From an uncultured delta proteobacterium (GTDB taxonomy: Bacteria > Myxococcota_A > Polyangia > Fen-1088): a stretch of DNA of 64,000 nucleotides. The number at the start of each line of letters is the position of its first letter. The first letter of the stretch is position 1. The position numbers and the translations under genes are program-made. The stretch covers positions 2,848,001-2,912,000 of the forward strand of contig CAVYGB010000008.1 of assembly GCA_963767925.1 (NCBI GenBank), in the 5' to 3' direction. The notes under the pieces were generated by a model. That model ran no database searches, was not told where the DNA came from, and worked only from the letters and a program-made list of their open reading frames with translations. Shown here piece by piece: positions 54,266 to 64,000 of this stretch.

Positions 54266-54667
54266 TCACGGGGCGGGGGTCGGCTTGGCGGGCTCGCCGG
54301 TGGGGTTGGCCGCCAGGGCCAGGCGCCGCACGTAGCCTCCCAGATGCTGGATCTTCGGCCGCGACAGGGACGCGCCGAAGCCGGGCATCAGGTTGCGGCC
54401 GCCCATGATCACCCCCTCGATCTCCTCGACGCTGCGCTGGCGCAGCTCCGGGTCGCCGAAGTCGCGGATGGTGGGCATGGTCTTGCGCATCTCCGCGTCG
54501 CCCCGGCCGTCGGCGCCGTGGCAGCGCGTGCACATCTGTCCGTACAGGGTCACCGGGTCGACCGGGTGGGCGGGACCTCGCCTGGTTGCTACGAGCAGGC
54601 CAGCGGCGCCAGCCCGGCCGCCAGCACGATGGCCGCGAAGCGCCGCCTTCGGCCAGCCGCTGATCAT
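54266..54667 (-). CDS. Monoheme cytochrome c; N-terminus probably frameshifted
   Basis: CTRCHG.DGRG and MPGF; signal-like [14 protein letters not shown] lies in another frame. Confidence 0.78.
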   Translation of the reverse strand: MISGWPKAALRGHRAGGRAGAAGLLVATRRGPAHPVDPVTLYGQMCTRCHGADGRGDAEMRKTMPTIRDFGDPELRQRSVEEIEGVIMGGRNLMPGFGASLSRPKIQHLGGYVRRLALAANPTGEPAKPTPAP

Positions 54668-56393
<1,726 letters not shown>

Positions 56394-56394
56394 G

Positions 56395-56490
56395 TGGCTC
56401 CCTTCGCCGGCATTACCCGGGCAGGTTCCAAGGGTCGCACCGCGCATTTGGCGAGGTGCCTCTCAGCCGTAGTGGGCTCCCCCGAGTCGA
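56395..56490 (-). ncRNA. TPP riboswitch
   Basis: Minus strand GGGGAGCC..GGCTGAGAG...GACCC..GAACCTG.CCGGGTAATGCCGGCGAAGGGAG directly before the thiC ATG. Confidence 0.95.
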
Positions 56491-56626
56491 GAAGTTTTGT
56501 TTCTAGCCGGCGGTGGGGGCGAATGCAAGACGACGGAGCGCATCGCCCCGGAACCCGGCCCTGCCCCGGATGCCCGCGTCCGTCCGCCCGGTCGTCCGTC
56601 CGACGCGAGAAAGGGCGCGGACGAAC

Positions 56627-57355
56627 CTAGTTCAGGTAACCCGAGCGGCGGTCTTCCCGGCGACCACCTTCGACCAGGTGAAAGCGCCGCCGTGGGTTGC
56701 GCTTGCGCAGGCGCTGCCAGATCTCGCCCAGGCCGGCGCCCCGGCCGCCGCTGATGACGTAACCGGCCACGATGGCCACCACGTCCCCGGCCAGCGAGGG
56801 CCAGGCGGCGCGCATCAGATCGGCCACCAGGGCGAAGGCGATGAGGATGAGGGTGAGGGTCCGCGCCTCCAGCACCAGGTTGCCGAGCAGGCGGGCAGGT
56901 GTGCGGTTGTAGACCCGGCCGAAGGCCACGAACAGGGCCAGCACGCCCAGGTTCGACCCGCCGTAGAGCTGGGCATCGTTCTGGGCTGCCGCCACCAGCG
57001 CCAGGCCGAAGTTGGCCAGCACCGCCGCCCCGAAGAAGAGCAGCAGGAAGCGGGGGCGCCCCAGCTCCCGTTCCATCGCGGCGCCCACGAACCACAACCC
57101 GATCATCCCGAACAGGAAGGCCACCCCGTCGAGGTGGATGAAGACCGAGGTGAAGAGCTGCCACAGCTCGAGCTGCTGGAAAACGGCCGGCCCGAGCGCC
57201 AGGTGCCCCTCCACGAACATCCGGCTCGGCCTGACCAGCGCGTAGAACACGAAGGCCAGGGTGTTGACGATGACGAGCGCTGTGATGGTGGGCGACAGCC
57301 GCTCGGTAACCGGCCTCATCCAGAAGGGATTCGGCGACCGGGATGGCACGCGCAT
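56627..57355 (-). CDS. Rhomboid-like membrane protein (catalytic residues not evident)
   Basis: LWQLFTSVFIH, WFVG..MERELG, GSNLG and AGDV at the expected GxSG/His positions. Confidence 0.72.
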   Translation of the reverse strand: MRVPSRSPNPFWMRPVTERLSPTITALVIVNTLAFVFYALVRPSRMFVEGHLALGPAVFQQLELWQLFTSVFIHLDGVAFLFGMIGLWFVGAAMERELGRPRFLLLFFGAAVLANFGLALVAAAQNDAQLYGGSNLGVLALFVAFGRVYNRTPARLLGNLVLEARTLTLILIAFALVADLMRAAWPSLAGDVVAIVAGYVISGGRGAGLGEIWQRLRKRNPRRRFHLVEGGRREDRRSGYLN

Positions 57356-57407
57356 ACGCTGAAATGTAGCACAGGCCCGGTCGTCGACAGCCCCTGACGC
57401 GCCTCGC

Positions 57408-58103
57408 TCACTCGAGGACGAACTCGACGTCCAGCGAGGCCGGGCGGGCGTCCGGAACCTCGTAGCTCATGACGTTGGTCTCGTAGACCGAGTTGCCCCC
57501 GCCGTCCAGCAAGCGGAGCTGGTAGGCGTAGACGCCGGTCCTGATGGCCTGGGTGATTCCGCCTCCGTCCTCGCAGGGGAAGGTGAACTTCTCGCGCGCC
57601 TCGCTCGCGAGCTGGGTCTCGAGCTCGATGGTGCGGACGCCCGCCTCCGCGCAGCTCGTGAAGCGGGTCGCGGTGCCCACCTTACGGATGAGGACCCACT
57701 CCAGCTCCCAGACCTGCACCTGGAACTCGATGAGCGGCAGCTCGGTCAGGCCATGCCGGTGGATGTTGAAGGGGCCCGCGATCTGGGAGACGGGGCGCTT
57801 TTGCTCGTCGAGCAAGGAGAGGGTCGCCTCGTACTGGCCGTGGGGCAGCACCTGGCTTATGCCCCGCAGCGCCGAGCAGGCGAACTCGCCCACGTAGGTC
57901 GCGCCGGTGTTCAAATGACGCGCATCGAGCGCGACGGTCGGCGTGCCGGCGTCCTCGCAGCTCACCCGCCCCCCGTTGTCGACGTAGGCCAGGTCCCAGG
58001 ACGCGAGGAAGGCGGAGTCATCGGCTTCCTCGATGACGCAGCCCACGGCGCCCAGGGTCATGGTCATGAAACCCGGTAGCCACAGTGTGCGTAATCGCCA
58101 CAT
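57408..58103 (-). CDS. Hypothetical lipoprotein with two internal repeats
   Basis: AVGC lipobox; repeated W-x-SC..AG..T...F.C...G.Y...L.LLD unit. Confidence 0.75.
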   Translation of the reverse strand: MWRLRTLWLPGFMTMTLGAVGCVIEEADDSAFLASWDLAYVDNGGRVSCEDAGTPTVALDARHLNTGATYVGEFACSALRGISQVLPHGQYEATLSLLDEQKRPVSQIAGPFNIHRHGLTELPLIEFQVQVWELEWVLIRKVGTATRFTSCAEAGVRTIELETQLASEAREKFTFPCEDGGGITQAIRTGVYAYQLRLLDGGGNSVYETNVMSYEVPDARPASLDVEFVLE

Positions 58104-58116
58104 TTTTTTTCTCTCC

Positions 58117-58632
58117 TTATTCTCGAGTGCAGACTCGGTTGCTCTGTTCGCCGTTGCAGGCGGCCGCACACCCCGATTCAATCGCCATCGCGTCGAGCTG
58201 AGTGGGCCGGCCGAACACCACGTCTCGCAAGATCGGTGCCGGCACCCGGACCCCGGCCCCGTAAGGTGGCTCCCCGGCCAGGATCTCCCCGCCCGCCCCC
58301 AGCGGCGCGACAGAGATGGCGTAGCGGGACGGGGCGACGAAGAAGGCGGTCGCGCCGCTCTGGCGAGCACAGGAAAATTCACAGTCCGACCTCCCCGCAC
58401 AGACATCCTGCCCCAGGCTCCCGTCCGGCTGGACCTCCGCCACCACCAGGCGCACCCGGCTGACCTCCGGGGCCGAGCAGCGGCAGCTCGAGATGGCCCG
58501 TCCGTCGAAGGTCCGGAGGACCCAGCTCACCTCCACCGCCCCACCGTCGGTGGGCACACACGCGACCACGCCGCCGAGCGCGCCCCCGAGCAAGCAGGCA
58601 CGCGAGATGAGGACTAAAATGATGGATCTCAT
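58117..58632 (-). CDS. Hypothetical Cys-rich lipoprotein
   Basis: VVAC lipobox; GAVEVSW, FSC...G.T.F, several Cys. Confidence 0.7.
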   Translation of the reverse strand: MRSIILVLISRACLLGGALGGVVACVPTDGGAVEVSWVLRTFDGRAISSCRCSAPEVSRVRLVVAEVQPDGSLGQDVCAGRSDCEFSCARQSGATAFFVAPSRYAISVAPLGAGGEILAGEPPYGAGVRVPAPILRDVVFGRPTQLDAMAIESGCAAACNGEQSNRVCTRE

Positions 58633-58762
58633 TGTCCTACACCCTGAAAATGGCCCCGATCAGCATCTATAACATCTGCGCGGTCTCGCTCGCGAGCGCC
58701 GGTCCCTCTCCGTCCTCGCCCGTTCCGGATCCCGGCCGCATCGATCACTCAAGGAGTCCGAC

Positions 58763-59484
58763 ATGATCCTCACCCTGCTCCAGGTCGGCGCGACCGAGGA
58801 GAAGCTGGACATCATCTCCCTCATTCTCACGGCCTCGCCCGTGGTCAAGGGCGTCCTCCTCCTGCTCGCGTTCATGTCCCTGGCCTCCTGGTACGTCATC
58901 GGATCGAAGGCCCTCTATCCTGGGGCGGGCCCTGTCCCGCTCGAGCGGCTTCCTCGACGCCTTCTGGAAGACCCAGCGGCTCGACGACGTCTGGAAGTTG
59001 ACCGAGGAGACCGCCGCCCTCGCCGGTGAGCGAGGTGTTCCGGGCCGGCTACGTCGAGCTGGCCAAGCTGCGCCGCCGGCGCACCGAGCAGGGCTCGACG
59101 GTCGATCCCGAGACCCACCTCGGCGACCTCGAGAGCATCCAGCGCGCGCTCGAGCGGGCCCGCACCACCGCCGTCACCGAGATGGAGAACCGGGTGCCCC
59201 TGCTGGCCACCACCGCCAGCGCCGCCCCCTTCATCGGCCTGTTCGGGACGGTCTGGGGCATCATGAACTCCTTCCGCAACATCGGCGCCAAGGGCGCCGC
59301 CAACCTGGCCACCGTGGCCCCCGGCATCGCCGAGGCCCTGGTGGCCACCGCCATCGGGCTGGTGGCGGCCATCCCCGCGGTCATGGCCTACAACTACTTC
59401 GTGCGCCGGATCCGGGTGGTCTCCGCCGACATGGAGACGTTCGCCAACGACTTCCTCAACATCGTTCGCCGGAGGTTCTTCTAG
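58763..59484 (+). CDS. tolQ: TolQ (MotA/TolQ/ExbB family); frameshifted
   Basis: [52 protein letters not shown]. Confidence 0.9.
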
Positions 59485-59489
59485 TGGCC

Positions 59490-59898
59490 ATGAGCAGCGG
59501 CAGCAGCACGGGGGGCGCGGCGCTGGCCGAGATCAACGTCACGCCGCTGGTCGACGTCATGCTGGTGCTGCTGATCGTCTTCATGGTGACGGCGCCGATG
59601 TTGCAAACCGGGGTCGACGTGAACCTGCCCCGAGGCCAAGGCCCAGTCGTTGCCCGACGAGACCGGCAAGCTGATCGTCACCATCACCAAGGACCGGCGG
59701 GTCTTCCTGGGCAAGTCGGAGATCCCCTGGGACCAGGTCGAGACCATGCTGAAGGCCAACGAGAAGATCCGGATCGAGAAGGAGGTCTACCTGCACGCCG
59801 ACGAGAACCTGCTCTACAAGGACGTCATCAAGATCATGGCCGCGGTCAAGCTGGCCGGCGCCGACAAGCTGGGCATGATCACCGACCCGCTGGAGTGA
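59490..59898 (+). CDS. tolR: TolR (ExbD/TolR family); frameshift near 59630
   Basis: [27 protein letters not shown], then HAD...Y..V...M...K.AG...GMIT. Confidence 0.9.
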
Positions 59899-59905
59899 CC
59901 CCCAG

Positions 59906-60649
59906 GTGGACGCCGAGACACACGTCGCTTTCCGCAGGCCCGGACGGGGGCTCACCGGCGGCGTGATCCTCACCGTGCTGATCCACGGGGCCCTGGGCCT
60001 GCTCGTGTACCAGTCGCAGCTCAAGTCCCCCGCCCGGCCCGAGGCCGTGCGGGACTTCATCGTGACCCGCACGGTGACCCTCGGGAAGAAGCGCGAGCAG
60101 TTCTGGCTGCCGAAGGTGGTCAAGCCCCCGCCCCCCCGGGCGCCCGAGCCGGTGATCAAGCTGACCGACAACCCCCTGGCCCCCCCGGTGCCGCCTCCCC
60201 CGAAGGAGGCCCCCAAGCCGCAGGACCGGGAGATCTCCAAGGACATGAAGCGGGCGCTCGAGCGGGCCCGCAGCCTGGTGGCGGCGGCCAAAGAAGAGGA
60301 GCCGGAGGGCTCGCCGGTGGGCGCCGAGGACGGCGTCTCCTCGCAGGCCACCACCGGCGATGAATATTTCACCCAGGTCTACACCGCCATCCGCCGCAAC
60401 TGGAACACCCCCACCGGGATGATCAACGACGCCCAGCTCGCCGCCCTCACCGCCGAGGTGACCATCCAGATCGACAACGACGGGACCCTCCGGGACGCCT
60501 CGCTGACCCGATCCTCGGGGAACGACCTGTTCGACGACTCGTGCCTGCGGGCGGTCAAGCTCACCGGAACCGTGCCGCCCCCACCCCCGACCATGCGGAA
60601 CCGGGTGCGGCGGGGTGTGCTGCTGGCCTTCGAGGGCAAGGACCTGTGA
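59906..60649 (+). CDS. tolA: TolA/TonB C-terminal domain protein
   Basis: TVLIH TM, Pro-rich linker, IRRNW, SSGN..FD.S..RAV; between tolR and tolB. Confidence 0.8.
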   Translation: MDAETHVAFRRPGRGLTGGVILTVLIHGALGLLVYQSQLKSPARPEAVRDFIVTRTVTLGKKREQFWLPKVVKPPPPRAPEPVIKLTDNPLAPPVPPPPKEAPKPQDREISKDMKRALERARSLVAAAKEEEPEGSPVGAEDGVSSQATTGDEYFTQVYTAIRRNWNTPTGMINDAQLAALTAEVTIQIDNDGTLRDASLTRSSGNDLFDDSCLRAVKLTGTVPPPPPTMRNRVRRGVLLAFEGKDL

Positions 60650-60739
60650 CCCGGGCGTGACGCCCGTCCGGCGGGGCGTCCCGGAGGACGGCGAACGGAT
60701 GAGGTGGCGGGACCGGTTTTCGATTACGCTGCTGGAGAC

Positions 60740-62032
60740 ATGATGCGCGTCCTAGCGGCCGTGGCCTTGCTGATTTATCCCCGGCTGCTCCTGGCCCAGG
60801 CCCCCCCGGCGGGGGGCGACGAGCTGCCTCGCATCGCCATCACCAACCCCAACCGCGATCTGTTCCGGCTGGCCCTGCCCAACGTGACGGGCGATGGCCC
60901 CCTGACCCAGGAGGCGCAGGAGATCCAGCGGCGCAGCCTGGACATCATGGGGCTGTTCAACCTGCTCAACCCGGCCTCCTTCCCGGCCGACCTGCAGGGC
61001 GAGGGGATGGGCTTCTCCTCGGCGCTCTGGTCGCAGGTCGGCGCCCAGGGGGTGGTCAAGCTCCGGGTCGCGCGGGAGGGGGGCAACGTCATGGTGGAGG
61101 GGCGCCTCTACCAGGTGGGCCGGGGCGAGGCCGCGCTGCTGAGCCGCACCTACCGCGGACCCGCACTTCGCCCCTTGCTGCACACCTGGGTCAACGACGT
61201 GATCGAGCAGTTCACGGGCGTGCGGGGGGTGTTCGGATCGCGGATCGCCTTTGCCATCAGCGGGCGCCAGAGCGAGATCGGGACGGTGGGGGCCGACGGC
61301 TCGGAGAACCGCGTGCTCACCAGCATGGGGGCCGAGTGCCTCATGCCGGCCTATTCGCCCGACGGGAGCCGGCTGGCCTTCACCTCCTACCTGCGTGGCA
61401 CTCCCGACCTGTGGGTGCTGCCGGCCGGCGGGGGGCGCGCGCGGGTGCTGTCGCGGCGGCCGGGCATGAACAGCGGGGCGGCCTGGGCCCGCGACGGGCG
61501 GGACATCGTCCTGACGATGTCCTTCGAGGGCAACGCGGAGCTGTACCGGATCTCGGCCCAGGATGGCCGCCTGGCCACCCGGCTGACCCGCTCGCCCTTC
61601 ATCGACATGTCGGCCACCCTCTCGCCCGACGGCTCGCAGATCGCCTTCGTCTCGGACCGCGGCGGCAACCCGCAGATCTACCTGATGTCGGCCGCCGGCG
61701 GGGACGCGCGCCGCCTGACCTTCCAGGGCAGCAACAACACGACGCCGCGCTGGAGCCCCCGGGCCGACAAGTCCCAGATCGCCTTCACCGGCCGGGACGA
61801 GAAGGGCGTGTTCGATGTCTTCGTCTACGACGTCAAGAGCAAGAACATCGAGCGGGTGACCGAGGGCCAGGGCTCGAACCAGAGCGCCGACTGGTCGCCC
61901 GATGGCCGGCTGCTGGTCTACGCCTCCAGCCGGGGCGGCCTGTACGTCATGAACCCGGAGACCCGGCGCGAGACCGTTGTCTACCGGGGCAAGGTCAACT
62001 CCCCCACCTGGGGACCGGCGCCCAAGCCGTGA
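60740..62032 (+). CDS. tolB: Tol-Pal beta-propeller protein TolB
   Basis: Signal peptide, GVFGSRIAF, repeated SPDG PD40 motifs, FVSDRGGNPQIY. Confidence 0.9.
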   Translation: MMRVLAAVALLIYPRLLLAQAPPAGGDELPRIAITNPNRDLFRLALPNVTGDGPLTQEAQEIQRRSLDIMGLFNLLNPASFPADLQGEGMGFSSALWSQVGAQGVVKLRVAREGGNVMVEGRLYQVGRGEAALLSRTYRGPALRPLLHTWVNDVIEQFTGVRGVFGSRIAFAISGRQSEIGTVGADGSENRVLTSMGAECLMPAYSPDGSRLAFTSYLRGTPDLWVLPAGGGRARVLSRRPGMNSGAAWARDGRDIVLTMSFEGNAELYRISAQDGRLATRLTRSPFIDMSATLSPDGSQIAFVSDRGGNPQIYLMSAAGGDARRLTFQGSNNTTPRWSPRADKSQIAFTGRDEKGVFDVFVYDVKSKNIERVTEGQGSNQSADWSPDGRLLVYASSRGGLYVMNPETRRETVVYRGKVNSPTWGPAPKP

Positions 62033-62976
62033 AGCTCGCGACGGTCGACGTCGGCACCAACACGACCCTCCTCCTGATCGCCGAGGGGACCGACGCCGCC
62101 AGCCTCAAGGTGCTGGCCGACCGCGCGGAGATCACCCGGCTGGGCCGCGGCATCGGCCGCGACGGGCGGCTGGGCGCGGAGGGCATCGCGAGCACGCTGG
62201 CGGTGCTGGGCGAATACGCGGCGACCGCCCGGGCCCAGGGCGCGCCCCTGGTGGCGGTCGGGACCGAGGCCCTGCGGCGGGCGCCCAACGCCGACGACTT
62301 CCTGGACCCGGCCGCCCGGATCCTCGGCGCGCCGGTCGAGGTGATCGACGGCGAGCGGGAAGCGGAGCTGACCTTCGCCGCCGCCAGCGCCTCCTTCCCG
62401 AAGATCGCGCAGGCCTCGGTGGCGGTGGTGGACATCGGCGGCGGCTCGACCGAGGTGATCGTGTCGGAGCGGGGGCAGGTCCGCTCGCGGGTGAGCCTCC
62501 CGCTGGGCTCGGTCCGCCTCACCGAGCGCCACCTGCGCTCGGATCCGGCCCGCCCGGAGGAGATCGCGGCCCTGGTGGCGGACGTGGATCAGGGCCTGCG
62601 GGACGTCTCGCCGCGCGGCAGCGCCGGAGAACCCCTGATGCTGGTGGGTACCGCCGGCACGGTCACGACCTTGTGCGCGATGACCCTGCAGCTCGCGAGC
62701 TACGACGCCAGCCGGGTCCACGGCTACCGGCTCGCGCAGGCCGATCTGGAGGCCCAGATCCAGCGCCTGGCGGGGTCCACCCAGGCGGAACGTGAGCGCA
62801 TGGCCGGCCTGGATCCGCGCCGCGCGGACGTGATCCTGGCAGGGGCGTACATCCTACACGGGATCACGCGGCGTCTCGGGGCCAGCGCCCTGCTGGTCAA
62901 CGATCGTGGGATTCGCTGGGGCTTGTTGTACCAGAGGCTGGCGTCTGCCCTTGCTCCGCCGCCGCAGCTTGGGTAA
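62029..62976 (+). CDS. ppx: Ppx/GppA family phosphatase
   Basis: DVGTNT..LLI, ITRLG, GEREA, DIGGGSTE, GTAGT.TT, RADVILAG. Confidence 0.9.
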   Translation: MKLATVDVGTNTTLLLIAEGTDAASLKVLADRAEITRLGRGIGRDGRLGAEGIASTLAVLGEYAATARAQGAPLVAVGTEALRRAPNADDFLDPAARILGAPVEVIDGEREAELTFAAASASFPKIAQASVAVVDIGGGSTEVIVSERGQVRSRVSLPLGSVRLTERHLRSDPARPEEIAALVADVDQGLRDVSPRGSAGEPLMLVGTAGTVTTLCAMTLQLASYDASRVHGYRLAQADLEAQIQRLAGSTQAERERMAGLDPRRADVILAGAYILHGITRRLGASALLVNDRGIRWGLLYQRLASALAPPPQLG

Positions 62977-62993
62977 TTTCCCGCTACGTTATC

Positions 62994-63740
62994 GTGCCGC
63001 TCTCGAGTAGTGCTTCGGTGGTGGTGCTCGCCCTGACTGCTGCGACAGCGGTCGGTTGCAAGGCGAAGACCCCGGTAATCAGCGAACCCTTCAACGACGC
63101 CTTCGAACGTCGCGAGGTGGGCGCCGCCTGGCTGGATACTTCCAGCGGACAGTTCCAGGTCCGCGAGGGCAAGCTGAACGTGCAGGGCGGCCTCAACCGC
63201 CCGCTCTGGCTGCGCAAGCGCCTGCCCCGCGACGTCACCGTCGAGCTCGACGTCATGTCGAAGAGCCAGGACGGGGACATCAAGATCGAGCTGTTCGGCG
63301 ACGGCGAGTCGTTCGATCCCGACCAGGGGACGTATTTCCCGACCGGCTACGTGTTCGTGTTCGGGGGCTGGGGCAACAGCCTCAGCATCATCGGCAAGCT
63401 CGGGGAGCACGACGACGCCGTGAAGGCGAGCCGCCCCCACACCCCGCTGCCCCAGCCGCCCGCCGCCGGACCCATCGCCGGAGAGGGAGCCGCCGCCGGC
63501 GCGGGCACGGAGGCCGTGACGGCCCCGGCCGGCCTCGACAAGGCGGTGGTCGCCGGGCGCACCTACCGCTGGAGCATCACCCGCAAGGGCAGCCAGATCG
63601 ACTGGAAGGTCGACGGCCAGCCTTTCCTCTCCTGGACCGATCCGGCGCCGCTGTACGCCGAGGACAAGGCCTACCTCGCCTTCAACAACTGGAACGCGGA
63701 CGTGTACTTCGACAACCTCAGCATCCGTCCGGTGCCCTGA
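62994..63740 (+). CDS. Hypothetical lipoprotein (beta-sandwich/ConA-like)
   Basis: AVGC lipobox, PLWL, GDIK.E, GYVFVFGGW.N, VYFDNL.I. Confidence 0.72.
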   Translation: MPLSSSASVVVLALTAATAVGCKAKTPVISEPFNDAFERREVGAAWLDTSSGQFQVREGKLNVQGGLNRPLWLRKRLPRDVTVELDVMSKSQDGDIKIELFGDGESFDPDQGTYFPTGYVFVFGGWGNSLSIIGKLGEHDDAVKASRPHTPLPQPPAAGPIAGEGAAAGAGTEAVTAPAGLDKAVVAGRTYRWSITRKGSQIDWKVDGQPFLSWTDPAPLYAEDKAYLAFNNWNADVYFDNLSIRPVP

Positions 63741-63768
63741 TCGCGGGCCAGCGCCTGCCGCGTCCACC

Positions 63769-64000
63769 ATGCCCCGCCGTACCGCCACCCCTCGCACGTC
63801 CGGGCGCCGCGCCCCACCGATCCCGCTCAGCACCGTCACGTCTCCGCCCCGCTTCCCCCTCGAACAGAGCCTGGAGAAGCTGGCCGGCACCCGCCGGATG
63901 CTCGTGTACATGCACGACAACCCCGACCCCGACGCCCTGGCGGCCGCCAGCGGCCTCAAGCACCTGGTCGAGGAGGAGGTCGGTGCCGAGGTCACGCTGG
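63769..64000 (+). CDS. DHH family phosphoesterase, N-terminal part (truncated by window end)
   Basis: MLVYMHDNPDPDALAAA DHH motif I. Confidence 0.8.
   Translation, partial: MPRRTATPRTSGRRAPPIPLSTVTSPPRFPLEQSLEKLAGTRRMLVYMHDNPDPDALAAASGLKHLVEEEVGAEVTL

Noticed and set aside
61336..62028. Long N-terminal extension on Ppx (546-aa ORF)
   Set aside because: Overlaps tolB in another frame; the real start is GTG 62029

Overview
High-GC bacterial chromosome segment; gene content and style suggest Myxococcota (inference). 1-16.9 kb is housekeeping: hisC end, rhomboid, RpoH-type sigma, fdhD-FdhF/YdeP, cold-shock protein, thiE and fused thiS-thiG, nrdR-ribD-ribE-ribB(X)-ribH-nusB, HtrA, yjbQ, purN, DUF1232 and tRNA-Leu(UAA). 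An eroded low-GC patch with an IS66-like remnant follows the tRNA. From 18.3 to 44.7 kb lies an iron-acquisition island marked by about 10 AT-rich Fur-type palindromes. It holds two Fur paralogs interleaved with two small RCGCG proteins; operon A (imelysin, di-heme DUF1111, imelysin, HTTM); bfd; DUF6607/DUF4198; an atypical OmpR regulator; YceI; a Piu-like receptor-piuC-tonB-PepSY operon; and operon B (DUF4856, imelysin, HTTM, FecA-like receptor), with another tonB. The best candidate for an undescribed system is the twice-repeated pairing of an Asp-tailed imelysin with a vitamin-K-carboxylase-like HTTM protein. 45-64 kb carries sulfur/cofactor genes, iscA, nth, kamA, thiC with a TPP riboswitch, tolQRAB, ppx and a DHH gene. 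Many single-base frameshifts at 24.5 and 50-60 kb look like assembly errors. All family assignments are by motif recognition, not database search.
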